A DNA stretch of 63,876 nucleotides, the filler included, from Collodictyon triciliatum (lineage: Eukaryota), in NCBI GenBank assembly GCA_043381765.1. It is 5 parts of 5 records of this genome, joined end to end, with 100 filler letters (N's around TTAATTAATTAA, not from the genome) between each part and the next. Parts side by side here need not be neighbours in the genome. Positions count along the whole stretch, not along the records: positions 1 to 23,485 come from JBHJMP010001118.1; 4 more parts are not named here. One strand, given 5' to 3'. The notes beneath the pieces are model-generated. The model was not told the origin of the DNA and ran no database searches. It worked only from the letters and a program-made list of their open reading frames with translations. The position numbers and the translations under genes were made by a program. Numbering within the stretch: position 1 is the stretch's first letter; every line of letters starts with the position of its first letter. Shown piece after piece: positions 1-12,610 of the stretch.

Positions 1-201
1 AATAATAAAAAAAAGAAAAAAAAAGAACAAAAAAAAAAAAAAAAGTACATTAGTACTAACAAAATAAGTAAACAACACCGCAAACAAACGATTATGATAT
101 CGCAAAATTAACAAACCAGTGAGCAGACAGATTGATTGGAATAAGGATTTTATCCATTTCAAAAATATTAACCTATTCAATTACCACATACAGAGTTGAG
201 C

Positions 202-238
<37 letters not shown>

Positions 239-364
239 ATCAAAAAAGAAACAAATTAGGGAAAAAAAATCAAACAACCAATTTTTAGTGTCATCTTCCA
301 TAATCGAGTTGTCTCGCGAACAGAATGCAAATCTCATCGGAAAAAAAAATCAAATCATATATTC

Positions 365-1383
365 AGAGTCGATTTTGAGTGCGCTGACTTCAGTTGCTTC
401 ATACACTCTACAATCGAACCAACATGAATTAGTGCAGGGAGTCAACTTGAAACATAATGAACAAACTCAAGCACACTCTTCTCATTCAATGTCTGTCGAG
501 CCCATAATCGAGGTCGTTGTCACCTATATTTTATTTTTTCCGTTGCCTATCTATTTCGCCTTTTTTTTTATTCTTCCTTTCAATTATCCTTTTTGCCCCT
601 ATACAACCCCTATCTAGGAAACCCCTTGTGTTAAACATTCAAAATAATCGAATTCTAAATAATGTATTAGTCGTCTTCCCATCCCGGATATTTTGTTCTA
701 CCAACCGAAACAGACCAAAATGTATATCTTTTTTTTTTTTTGACAATACATATGATTGTAGGTCTTACTTTATGTTATTGAAAGCACTGAACGTGAAAAA
801 GATGAAATGAAATCAGCGCTAATTTTTCTTTTTCTTTTTCTTTTCATACCTTTTCACTTCCTCTCATCCTCCTTTTTCTTTTCATTGAAACTTCATCGGG
901 TTAAATGATTCTTTGGGCAGTCGAAACATTACCAGCAGCAAAATTCTCCGCAAAACGCAAAGATATCATCGGTTCAAAACACTGGTATCTCGCCCAACCA
1001 GAGCCGAATCAACAGAAGCGGAGGAGATCGTTTTACATCTCCGTCAGAGTCTTCCCCACGGTCCATCTTGTCTGCTTTGCAACAGCAATATACCCTTTCT
1101 GCACAACACCCACAGCCCTCACAACAACAACATACGCAAATTATGCACAATTACTCGCAAATGGAGGCGCAATACGCGCACCAGCCCCTGCATCATTCGC
1201 CTCAAGGGCATTTTAATTCTATGAACAGCTCTGTGTTAATCAGCAACCAAAAGATTCAACAGTATGGAAATATTCCGCCATATAAAACACAAATGCAGCT
1301 TCCACATTCCCCATCTAGTATGACGCAAAACCTGAGTCAAACTCGAAATCCTATGCCTGAGTCTATTGGTAAAGTGCATGTTT

Positions 1384-1450
<67 letters not shown>

Positions 1451-2725
1451 TAAATCACTTATAATTTTATTTAGAAATAGATCATTTACTCACATTGTGA
1501 CTCTTTGGATAGTGTCTCACTTTCAGCCTTTGGAAGTCCCTTCCTCTTTCGCTCAGAACAGACTTCAGAACCAAGGATATAGTAAGCTGGATTTTTATAA
1601 TAGCTCTTTCCCTCTCATATATTTAAAAATAAGCGTGATGTTCATAAAATGGGAGAGCAGAAAAGAAAGAAGAGAAAGAGCCAGTGTACAGTAATTGAAA
1701 TATTCTGCTTTTTTTTATATTCGAAATAATTTTTTTATTCCCCTTTTTTTTCTAAATTATAAAGGCAATACTGTTTCGGCACCATCGACAGCAGAAGATT
1801 TAATCCAAGGAGCAAATCTCATAACACATGAAAAAAGGTAAGAGCATCATAATTAATTTGAATACTGCAGAAACACGATGCGACAAGACAAGTATCTGGC
1901 TAGAAAAAAAATCGATTTATTATCCGTTTTACCATATTAACTTTGTGTTATTTTTCTAATTAAACTTGCACTTATTCTCTCCTCATCACCGATGTATTTC
2001 ATTCTAGAGAAATAATCTCTCAATTCTTGACCGGTCGTGGAAGTAAGCCCTAGATATATATACTTATAAACCTGAATATGTGATCCAAAATCTGCATTAT
2101 TGTACTAAAAAAAAAAAAAGAGAAGAAAAGATGTATACCTTTGGTTGTAAACTTGCAATATTGTGGCCGTAATCTCCTTTTGGTTACTAACAATCTCGTT
2201 TTCAATTATTTCTCAGTAAATCCTGTTCCCACAAACCCAAAATACGAGATTGTTATCGACGAAAAAGATACAGTCACGCACAAGGAATTGGTATATTTTG
2301 TTACAATGCTGTTTCCCCAAATTTATGCATTCTGCCACAGCTCAGGCTTTTTCGATTTCAGTGCCAGCCTTTTAAATCCATTTTCTCCTTATCGTACGCA
2401 GATTGTCATCGAGCTGAATTACGAGACAAATACCTACAGAAAGGTATACTTTCCCATTTTCACGCAGCTTTATAAGAAAAAAATATACCAACACCTTCAT
2501 TTTTTAATCATTTTGTTTGTTTGTCTTTTCAAATGATATTCCCCTTTCAACTTTCTAAGTCGGAAATAATATGCCTATTACCACATATCTTACGCAAGAA
2601 TTTATCATTTCTGTATGATTTATATAGTTTTTCTTTTCTTATAAAAATGATATAAAATAAATAAATAAATAAAAATAAACAAGGTTCGCAGGAAGCAAAA
2701 GAAAATAATGTACAGTGCTGCGTAA
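365..2725 (+). CDS. NELFA: NELF-A-like protein, multi-exon; 5' part uncertain or outside the window
   Basis: Q/S/P-rich exons (e.g. 921-1368) lead into GT-AG exons that splice in frame to AEDLIQGANLITHEKREIISQFLTGRGINPVPTNPKYEIVIDEKDTVTHKELIVIELNYETNTYRKVRRKQKKIMYSAA* (TAA 2723-2725). This resembles the NELF-A C-terminal domain (AN.vT..EKalIlgFmaG..eNP....FEMNY.TG.W.R). Confidence 0.6.
1386..1452 (+). repeat. Intronic (TTTA)n, listed as the first of many microsatellites
   Basis: Others: (GAAAG)n 22032-22135, (AAAAG)n 30991-31088, A-rich 33348-33660, (AAT)n 36112-36225, 44299-44403 and 50813-50922, (GAAA)n 41802-41929, (AAAAAC)n 42758-42848, (ATT)n 47161-47262, (TTTATC)n 53165-53305, (TTTGTG)n 56713-56764, (AAAAGG)n 61516-61617. 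Confidence 0.95.
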
Positions 2726-3057
2726 ACAGATATGGATGAACAGCAATGCTCTGCATTACAGCTTCTTGCAGGTAGTTGCTTCATACCTCACTGGCTTGGC
2801 TCAAAATCAAAGTTTATTATCTGTTTTCTTTTGCGTTTGTTTATGTTTGCCACATGTCCTTTTATTTGAGGATAAATATAGATTGAGAAGGGCTGCTCTT
2901 TCGTTTAAATTTCCTTTTCTTTTCTGAATCAGGTCAAGGGACTGACCTATGCAGGGTGGGTGGTCGACTTTACACTTTTGTCGACTCACACATGGATTTC
3001 TCATATATTTTTTATCTTGATTCCCGCTGCCCCTCAACATTTTCGTAGCTGTGTGCT

Positions 3058-5116
3058 TCACTCCACAATCCGGAGAACATGCTCGTTATAGCCATACTCT
3101 TCCTTGTACTTCTCAAACAGACCCACCAGGGCCTTGATATATTGTTGCTGCACAGCCTCAATATCTTGTTCTGTTGGGCTCATATTCTGTTCTACCTGTT
3201 TTCATTTTCAAGTTATTTTTCTCCACTATTAAAACACAAGGAAAGTGAAATGATTGATAGCTATTCATGTTTTGTCAATCATTTCTTTGAATGGTTTTTT
3301 TGAACATATGTCAAGTAACTTTATATACTTTGAGAAACCACAAAAATGAGAATTATGATGGTTTGAGGAGACGAAGGCATTCCAATAATAATATAATTCA
3401 AGCGAGGTTGCACATTTGCTGAAATATCAAATTGAATTGAATTGAATTGAACTGATTGAGTTGGAATTACTTTGATGGGAGGGCCGAATACGGTTGTGAC
3501 CGGGCGTCTTTGCGGAAGAACCCCGAACGAATAGTTCCAAATTCCTCGTCCAAGAATGAGCGGGATTGAATAACCAAAGACTAATGTAAGAAATGATACT
3601 TAAACCTACGCTAAATCAATAAATAAAGGTAGATGGAGATAGTCGAGGAGAAAGTAGGAAATAACCGGTAAAATAGTGACTGTTATTATGGATGAACAGT
3701 ATGAGGCGTGGCTTTATGGTGCAAACGCGAAGAAGTCAAACACAGGCAGGTTGTAGTGTGAGATATGAGGAGGGAAAGAAGAGAAAACCTCTTTTTAGGG
3801 AATCCTGCATGGACCGAAGCTTGGAACCCTGTGGGTTATCTACTTGGTCGTACAAATCAGTCTATGAATACGGGAAGCAATTGTGAAAGTGGTTCTCATT
3901 TCCTACAGTACTTATATGCAGATAATTGGATGGCAAGATTTTTTTCATTTATTCGATTCAAATTGATTGGATGACAAGATGATATAACAAAAGCTTATCA
4001 TGCTTACTTCACCAAAGGAAAATACAGGAACCAAGTTTGCTCCGTGGGCCATAGCCAGCTATATCACAATGAGATTAGGAGAAAAATGATTTTATGAATT
4101 AAACATCAATACCTAATGCTCGTGGAATGGATATTGCATATAGCAGAACAAGGAGATAGTATAAATTATAGTGTTATGAATCAGCTTTTTTTTTTTTTTT
4201 ACTTTTGGTCGAAACAAGGGTAATGTAACACCTGGTTAGGGATAATAGAAATGTGTAAAGTGCAGATGAAAGGAATATATACTTTGATGAATCCCTTTCT
4301 TCTAAAGATGGCCAAGTCGTCTTGCGCAGGGCGTGAATAGAGAGCCTCGGCTGCACCCCCAACCAGAACAAGCATGGATTTTCCGCTGTTGAGGAGATGG
4401 TCACATGACTTTCGAGAGGCATCCACAAGTCCCATAGCGAGAAGGAAATCTCTCCAGAAGGGCAGGTAAAAGTTTTGTGATATTCTATCATAGAAAGATG
4501 CTAGTCAGATTTCACTGCGCATTATTACTAATTATTTCATTTATTTATACAAATTACAAAAGGAAAAAAAATATTTTGAATTATATTTTTTCCGTTCTGT
4601 CTGCATGAAATAGTTACGTGAGCACACGAATATCAAGGCCTTTGAAAACGGAAGATATATCACATGCTTCGGACATGACTGTCGACCAAATGCCAAAGGC
4701 TACGAAAGCCAACTCATAAAGTAAGAATGGGCGAATCGCAGGCAGATCCATGAAGCAAATTACCCACCAAGAATTCCATGAGGATGCGCAGCGAAGAGAT
4801 ACTTTTGATTCGGGGGATATTCGCAGGTCTTCACGAGCCGCACAGGGAAGTAATCGGCAAAGTAGCGCCAAAGACTCCAACGCTTGACAAAGTCCACCCG
4901 CCTTCCTCCAGTTTTCGGCGTCTTGCGGTCAAGCCAGAGCCAGGCCAGGTATAATACAAAGAGTGTGCGGGTCTTTCGCCCAAAGGCACACAGGAACAGG
5001 CCAAAGGCGAAGCAGGCTGGGCCGATACTCAGGGCGAGAGCCACGGCTGCAGTTTGCAAGCGGCGGGGAAGTGGGACGCTTAGCGGCGCAAAGCGGATGC
5101 GGGAGTGCGCTTGCAT
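3058..5116 (-). CDS. DGAT2: Diacylglycerol O-acyltransferase 2 (DGAT2/MOGAT family), multi-exon
   Basis: Motifs across exons: YFPVRLVK, HPHG, LVGGAAEAL, RKGFIK, GANLVPVFSFGE, GRGIWNYSFGVLP, TVFGPPI. Last exon ends ...EHVLRIVE* (TGA at 3058-3060). Confidence 0.93.
3940..3965 (-). mobile_element. 26-bp retroposon 3'-end fragment with 15-bp TSD, inside a DGAT2 intron
   Basis: TTTTTTCATTTATTCGATTCAAATTG is flanked by ATTGGATGGCAAGAT (3925-3939) and ATTGGATGACAAGAT (3966-3980). Confidence 0.75.
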
Positions 5117-5818
5117 CGGAGATCGGCTTGAGGCGAGGGACTTTAGCTGGGCGGAGGTTGGCTTCGTGTCTTTTTATTTTACTGTTACATGTTTATGTAT
5201 GTTTCTACTAGAATTTGTGATGTGGATTATGTTGTTTCATCACCAAATTCATATGTGGAAAAAATAACATTTCATTTAGAAATAATGTCTGTGCATAATA
5301 TAAAGTATCAAATATTACATACCAAGTAATTTGTATTATTTTTGTATAAAAAATATTGCGAACCAAGAGTGGAAGTGACTATTGCAAATATTTCAAGAAA
5401 GTAAAACAAAAATGTATATACTCATTGAATGTTCTAAGCTTTCTGTTTTGTCCAATTTTTACGAAGCTTCAAAGGAGACAACAACATACAGGCTCATTAT
5501 TCATATGACGCAACCTTATCAACAACTTTCTTTTTGAGAATATCCATACACGCGCTTGGAATGGCAGATGCGTTGAAGTTTCATGAGACTTTTGGTCTAG
5601 GGTGTTAAAAGAGCTTCAGTTTATAAGTATGGCGACCTTATCCTCTTCACTCGCTGTTTGCTATAAGAACCGCCAGCGAACATGATTCTTTTGTGCAAAC
5701 AGATAACAATAGGTACGCCACGAATGAGGAGTGCAACCACACCGAAAACATAGCTTATCAACGTATCCACAGCGGAGCTCATCACAACTTGACCACCACC
5801 ATTCTATACCTGTATCAA

Positions 5819-5903
5819 TTTTTTTCCCCTTTGTTTCATTCAAAGTTCAGCAAGGTTATGCCATACAAAGGGGCAAGATAGGTACGCATGATAGAGAGCA
5901 AAC
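5819..5903 (-). mobile_element. 85-bp retroposon 3'-end fragment with 13-bp TSD
   Basis: Shares TTCAAAG...AGGTTATGCCATACAA(A)GGGGC with the reverse complement of 36689-36742. Flanked by ATACCTGTATCAA (5806-5818) and ATACCTGTCTCAA (5904-5916). Confidence 0.75.
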
Positions 5904-5935
5904 ATACCTGTCTCAAATATTTTTTTCCACGCAGA

Positions 5936-8040
5936 ATGAAGGCCACTTATGTGGGATTATTCTTATGTGCGGCATTCGTTGTGGGAGGTGCTTTGGCCTT
6001 CTCACGTCGTGACCCTGTCACCGGGCGTGCCATTTACGGAACTGACAATCGCATCGATGAATACCAAGTGACAGACAACAACCTATTAAACGCCGGACAG
6101 GCAACTGTGGCTCTCATATCAAAAGAGGCTGTAAGGACTCCAATTGCCTTCAAATTTCTTTTTCCTTTACTCATATTTTCCTCCAACTATGGTCCTTGCT
6201 GCGTTAGAAGCCTTTTATATTGTTTTACAAACAGAATTAAACTTCAGAATGTTTGGAAAGATGCACCATGGGTCAAAAACCTTGTGACCAAACTCTGAAA
6301 CCCTCCCCATGTAGCTCACCAAAGTCGGGAATACCTTTGTGGTTTCCTCAGTAACCCTGTTGAGAGATGTCGATATTACTGGCTCTGACAATGAAACTGT
6401 TTCGGTCTGTAGTGATATAAACTTCGGAAACCAGGTTAGTCTGTCTCCTCATATTGAATAGTATTATTGCTTTTCTACAAAAAAATATCATGATTAAGAG
6501 TAATATTGAAGTTGTCATTTCGTTATTTGCATTATCAAATCACTGGAAAACAAACAAAGCCTATTGTCGCCGGTTGCTCTGGGTTCTTGATTGACAATGA
6601 CAAGATTGCTACTGCCGGCCACTGGTAATATATCGAGTTGTGTTATTTCTGAAAAGTTTGTTTGAATGTATCTAAAATTACTTTTTTTGTGGGTATGTAC
6701 CAGTATCGATAACCAAATAGCGTGTGACAATGCCTACTTTGTCTTTGGCTACATCATGACTGACGAAAATATCCCCGTCTTAGTTTTTCCGATTGAAGAC
6801 GTAAAAGTTATTTGCGCCAACATTATCACATTTTGATAAACATTAACATTTAATATTTTGGATTATTTTGCGACTGAATTTGGCTTTCATGATTTTCTGA
6901 GCAGGTTTATGAATGTAAATCATTCAAAACAGTGTACGAGGGTGATTACACCGGAGCAATCGACTTTTCCGTTGTCACCACCGACCGTCCAGTGGCAGGG
7001 AGAACCCCGTTGACCATCGATGCTTCGCCAGTGAGGATATCAATATTTGACTGCATCATTTGTCCATTTCTTAACAAATATTCCGTGCAACTGATTCATG
7101 GAGAATAATTCTATCAATGTCAATCGGTGTTCTCATAACATACATATCAAGGCAGCAGAAGAGGATTCAGTATATGTTATTGGGCACCCTACTGGACTTC
7201 CTCGTAAATATGCTGACGGAGCTGCCGTGCACTACAGCCTTCCTGACGATCCCCTTTATCAGTGGATTTTTATTGCTGTAAATATTTTCTCTTATTTGTT
7301 TTGAATTATCTATTTGGAATTGTACAAAGAAATCATTCAAAATGATTAAAGGCCATTTGATTTAGGACTTGGACACATTTGGAGGCAACTCTGGCTCTGC
7401 CGTCTTCTACAGCGAGACAAATCAGGTTGCTGGAATTCTTGTTCGTGGATCAGTAGACTATGTTGTAGATACCGAGCGCGGTTGTGTCGACGCCAATGTT
7501 TGCCCTGTTATTGACATCGAGTCAGAGAACTGTTTTGGAGAACAAGTTATGGTTTCTAAAGCCATCGCACCTTTTGTTTCCCTATCGTGCCAAGACGACA
7601 ACCAATGTAATAACAATGGCGTGTGCACGAACGGGGAATGCCTCTGCAACAGCAATTATCATGTATGAGGATGACTTAATTTTTTTTAAAATAAAATAAA
7701 AAAATAACACGACTGTCAAAAATCTTGATAAATTATTCCATACAAACAACAAAGACCGTTTAGTTGACAAAACCAGTAGGCCCTTCAAAGTGATAGTAAC
7801 CTGTCCTTTAACACGTTTCGTTGGATTATTTCTAATCTGCAGGGCAGCGACTGCTCCTTCCGATGTAGCCGTGATGTTTGCAACAACCAAGGTGATTGCG
7901 TTGGTTTGTGGGAATGCAACTGTGATTCCAGCTTCAAAGGGACTCTTTGTGTCGAGAAAGCTGATCCGAGCGGAAGCCCTCCAGCTTCTGTTGCACTGGC
8001 CTTCGTTGGCGTGATTGCTGCTGCCTTCATTGCCTTCTAG
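5936..8040 (+). CDS. Secreted trypsin-like (PA clan) serine protease with EGF-like repeats and a hydrophobic C-terminal tail, multi-exon
   Basis: Signal peptide MKATYVGLFLCAAFVVGGALA, then IYGTDNR. Catalytic triad motifs: CSGFLIDNDKIATAGHC (His), IDFSVV (Asp), DTFGGNSGSAVF (Ser); also GHPTGLPRK. Two Cys-rich EGF-like repeats; ends VALAFVGVIAAAFIAF* (TAG 8038-8040). Confidence 0.88.
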
Positions 8041-8638
8041 GTATACGCAGCTCAGTGCCAAGCGCTATTCGCAGACAAATGGTTTCCCTGCCAGAATAAA
8101 TTCAACAACAAAAACACAAAATTGAAAGGAAGAAAAAAAAAATTCAACAACAAAAAACAAAAAAAACAAAAAAACAAAAAAAACAAAAACAAAAAACAAA
8201 AAAGGAAAAGGGAACAGACAAAAAAAAAACAACTCTCAGTTACAATAATCTTTACAACAGTACCTGCGACGGACAACCTGAAGAAAAATCGAGAGCGACT
8301 TACAAGGAAATGGCACTTGGTTGGTTCCTTTGGCTTGGAGTAGCTGTTGTTTCTGCTACGATGTTGATCAGCACCGTCTTTTTTTGTAAGTTATATAGAA
8401 AGAATAGACTCTGACGATGACGACGACGACCACCACCTCTACTCAAAGTAATGAATAATGAAGCTTTGAAGGAAAAGAAACGACCCTTTCCCTCGTTAGA
8501 TGTATTAATGTATCACGATGTATTCCCTCAAAACTTATCGAGCGCTCGTTTATTTCTTTCTTTATCTTGCTAGTTGATAAGATAAACCTTTTCAAATCTG
8601 AGATATATGATATATGTATATAAGTTTGCTTTTATTTT

Positions 8639-9176
8639 ATGTCCATTCTCACTGCCTTCCTGCTTCATTTCAACATCAGAAAGATTTGCTGTCATATATG
8701 TAATTTATAATTAATTTCTTTATAAAATCCCAATAATTAATTACAACCATCATTTCATCGGTATCATCCACCTATAAAGGTAGCAGAGTTCCTTGACTTG
8801 GATCAAGATTACGTGAACCCTGTGGATCTCTGTCGGAGACTGAACCCTTACATCCGCCCAAACTTCCTTATCCACACAACTCTGACCTTTCACTACCTGT
8901 TTCGCCTAAGTTGGCCAGGCCTTATTATCACTGTGCCTTTAGTTGTGGTCGGAGTTATCAGGTTTTTTTTTTCACCATTAGTTGGTTAATACTTCAGAAT
9001 CGGATGTAGTTATTATGGAATACAACACCTTATAAATGCTGAATCTACTTGGACATGTTTTCTAGATATAATATGCCTTTATTTTTAATGTTTTGCCAAC
9101 GACCAATATAGAATACAAAGGAATGAATACATGCTTGACCCAACAGAGATTTACAAATCGTCGCACGCACACCGTT
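8639..9176 (+). CDS. Cornichon/Erv14-family ER cargo receptor, partial (runs into the N gap; start uncertain)
   Basis: DLDQDYVNPVDLCRRLNPYIRPNFLIHTTLTFHYLFRLSWPGLIITVPL, and in the next exon MLDPTEIYK. Confidence 0.8.
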
Positions 9177-9827
9177 NNNNNNNNNNNNNNNNNNNNNNNN
9201 NNNNNNNNNNNNNNNNNNNNNNNNNNNNNNNNNNNNNNNNNNNNNNNNNNNNNNNNNNNNNNNNNNNNNNNNNNNNNNNNNNNNNNNNNNNNNNNNNNNN
9301 NNNNNNNNNNNNNNNNNNNNNNNNNNNNNNNNNNNNNNNNNNNNNNNNNNNNNNNNNNNNNNNNNNNNNNNNNNNNNNNNNNNNNNNNNNNNNNNNNNNN
9401 NNNNNNNNNNNNNNNNNNNNNNNNNNNNNNNNNNNNNNNNNNNNNNNNNNNNNNNNNNNNNNNNNNNNNNNNNNNNNNNNNNNNNNNNNNNNNNNNNNNN
9501 NNNNNNNNNNNNNNNNNNNNNNNNNNNNNNNNNNNNNNNNNNNNNNNNNNNNNNNNNNNNNNNNNNNNNNNNNNNNNNNNNNNNNNNNNNNNNNNNNNNN
9601 NNNNNNNNNNNNNNNNNNNNNNNNNNNNNNNNNNNNNNNNNNNNNNNNNNNNNNNNNNNNNNNNNNNNNNNNNNNNNNNNNNNNNNNNNNNNNNNNNNNN
9701 NNNNNNNNNNNNNNNNNNNNNNNNNNNNNNNNNNNNNNNNNNNNNNNNNNNNNNNNNNNNNNNNNNNNNNNNNNNNNNNNNNNNNNNNNNNNNNNNNNNN
9801 NNNNNNNNNNNNNNNNNNNNNNNNNNA
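9177..9827. other. Assembly gap (N run)
   Basis: Uninterrupted Ns. Confidence 0.99.
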
Positions 9828-10289
9828 ACATATTTTGGGGAGCAATCCTTCACTTTTTGTAGATCTGATTTCAATCATCCTGAGATAAAAATTTATTACC
9901 TAATACACGTGCATATTTGGGGTGAATTAGTTACATAAAAAAATATGCGAGTTAAAAAAAAAAAAAAACAACTAGAAAATCAGAAAATCAGAAACCATCT
10001 CAGTAATTTTCAGGGTATCCATAATGAATTCAATATCTATGTATTCTCTCAACATGATTACACACTTCATCATTAAGCCAAGTTGCATTATCCAATCTCT
10101 CTAAACTATCCAATTTTATATCGATCATGGGGTTCTCAAACTAAATGAATTTGTAAAATGAGAGAAACATCGCATATCTACCGCAATATATAGTTAGTCG
10201 TAGCCTAATGTTCATGGTGAAGTTCTTTTTTTTTTTTTTATTTAATCGAATGAAGGATGAAAAGAGATGGAATCAACGTCCAATACTTG

Positions 10290-11330
10290 TTGGATTACCT
10301 TATTGATCGTGTGGTTCTTTGGTTTACCAATTCTAGCTTGCTTAATTGCACTGAGTTGATGAGCAGTTATGGGGACAAGTTCAATATCTACGGTGCCAAC
10401 AGCAGGCAATTTCTATTTAAAGGAGATATGACCCTCAAATTATTCCATCATTGCACCAAATTTATCAAGAGCTTATTCATGATATCTTTCAGCTTTTATA
10501 TATAAGAGAAGAATAGTTATGACCACGCCTAATATTCAGAGTAATGTCAATAAGTCCCCGAATGCTTCTGAAAACTTGAAAGAAAAAAGGCAAACCATAT
10601 TCCTGATCACATGCTTTTTTTTAATATTTTCCTCCCTATATTTGAGTGACTCTTCGAAATATTTCGCCTTTTCATCAAGTAGCTAAATAAACCGTGCGTG
10701 TGGACTTAGAATACAAATAATCAAAAATTGTGCAAAATAACAATAATAGAGTATGGCAAGATATAACTATTTAAAATCATGCTACTCGATCTTCGTCTCC
10801 CATTGCAAAAAACGCTAATCTTGCAGATTGAAGATCAATGATAAATTGGCTAAATTGCATGATAGTGATTAAAATCACATCTGTGTAATTATTCGAAACT
10901 TTCATTCTGTATATTTTGTATTTTGTTATTACATGAAAGCAACATCAAATTATGTAGAGTATAGATATAATTGAAACAAAAGAAGGACTGATGAAAGTAA
11001 ATCTCAAGTGAATAGATAACTGATATTGAAAGAGACACTTTTAAATGGACGTTTTTTTTTTTTTAAAAAAAAAAGAAGATAGGTCATCTAGCCTATCTAT
11101 ATAATTATGCATGTATCATACTTCCTTATCTGCTTCATTTGCAATTCCAAATCAACTTTATGAACCCATGTCAGCGTATCCTTTCTGAGTTTAATTTACG
11201 TGGAATAAGAGAATGAGATCGAATAGACTAACGATGAAGTTAAGAATAATACATATAAATGAATGCACATTAACGTATGTAATGATGTTATCGAAAAAAG
11301 TGATGAGGATTAAATTACTATAACAGTGCA

Positions 11331-11380
<50 letters not shown>

Positions 11381-11806
11381 CATATTCGTATATACTGCAA
11401 TGATTCGGCACTTACCTGAGCGAACTGATATGTTTCTTCACCAAGAACTTTTCAGGAGATGATCGGAACGAATCCGTGACTGATGCGCTCCTCTTACTAA
11501 CAAAATTATCCATTCTGAAGGCAGGCGTATATAGTTAGAATTATATCCGAAAAAGAATCCCCTGTCTTCTCTTTGTGCCTCCCAAGGATGTTTTATTATT
11601 ATCATTATCTTGTTAACGGGGTGCTTAGGAGAGGACACAGAAAAGTGGACAGAGCCCGCAGCTTCATAAGCCGAAGCATGTTTTGTGTTTTCGATCGGCT
11701 TTGCATGCCATCTTTCGGCTGCAGTAAAAGTTTTTTTCGAAGCAGGCGAGCTGGTTGTGAGGAAAAGAAGAGACAAAAAAAAAAAAACTGTTTGTTGGTA
11801 GGGCAC
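10290..11806 (-). CDS. Hypothetical multi-exon protein with a possible signal peptide
   Basis: MPYQQTVFFFLSLLFLTTSSPAS start and several short open GT-AG-bounded segments (e.g. KDTLTWVHKVDLELQMKQIR, LLDEKAKYFEESLKY). No family recognised; 3' limit uncertain. Confidence 0.4.
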
Positions 11807-11856
11807 AACGAAGAGAGAAAGACTGCAGTAATATGTGCAAGCAACTGCGTGCTGTA

Positions 11857-12273
11857 ATGGATATCAGATATCGCTACGAAAAAGGACGTGACACTTATGG
11901 TGGACAACCTTGCCCTCAGACTCAGGATCGCCTTCCCAAGAAAAAAAAAACGCAGCTGCCTTCATTAAAGAGGGGGTCTTTCCAGCTTCTCAACCGCCAA
12001 TACATCCCCATGCCAGCAAAAACTATCACAAAGGTTGCGCACCTATCCAACATACCGCTGTCGGTTCGCTGGACTGATATTTTTAAGGCCTGCAGTGAAT
12101 ACTTCACCCCCATCAAAGTCAACTGGACAAAGCCTGGAGGAATATGCATGAATGATGCACCCGTGGCTTTTGACAAAGAACAGGAATTAATGGGGAAAAT
12201 ACCCACCTTTGCCTTCATAAAAGGTTCTACTGAAGAAGACAGCGAGCAGTTCCAAGCCTCGGGCCTACTTTAA
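11857..12273 (+). CDS. Small RRM-like protein
   Basis: VAHLSNIP (RNP2-like), helix VRWTDIFKACSEYF, TFAFIKGSTEED (RNP1-like). Alternative ATG at 12010. Confidence 0.4.
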   Translation: MDIRYRYEKGRDTYGGQPCPQTQDRLPKKKKTQLPSLKRGSFQLLNRQYIPMPAKTITKVAHLSNIPLSVRWTDIFKACSEYFTPIKVNWTKPGGICMNDAPVAFDKEQELMGKIPTFAFIKGSTEEDSEQFQASGLL

Positions 12274-12610
12274 TCGTCAGTCAGCGCAGACAGCCATTGA
12301 GTCATGCCTGTCGCACGCAGGGACAAAAGGTGGGAGGGCGGCTCTGGGTCGGCCGATGCCCTGGCTTCACAAACTCCTCCTCCTGCCTATAGATCGATTG
12401 TGTTGGGTGGTGACCGACCTGCTGGAGTGAGGGCATTACCTGTTTATGGGAGATGCCCTTCACCCACACGTAGAGGAGTGGCTTTTCGCCTTGCTTTATT
12501 GGCTGCCTCCATCGCTGTTTCCTTCGCTTCATTTTTCCTTGTCCTCGTCCTTACGCCAGACTGTGAAGATGTGGCAAATGTGATGAAGATCATGGAACAG
12601 CATCACGTGC

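Noticed and set aside
9045-9938. Long ORFs spanning N runs (also 42973-43521)
   Set aside because: Artefacts of translating through gaps.
12560-12610. RCGKCDEDH, resembling a retroelement zinc knuckle on the plus strand
   Set aside because: Preceded by an in-frame stop, lacks the final Cys and lies at the copine 3' end on the opposite strand; probably chance.
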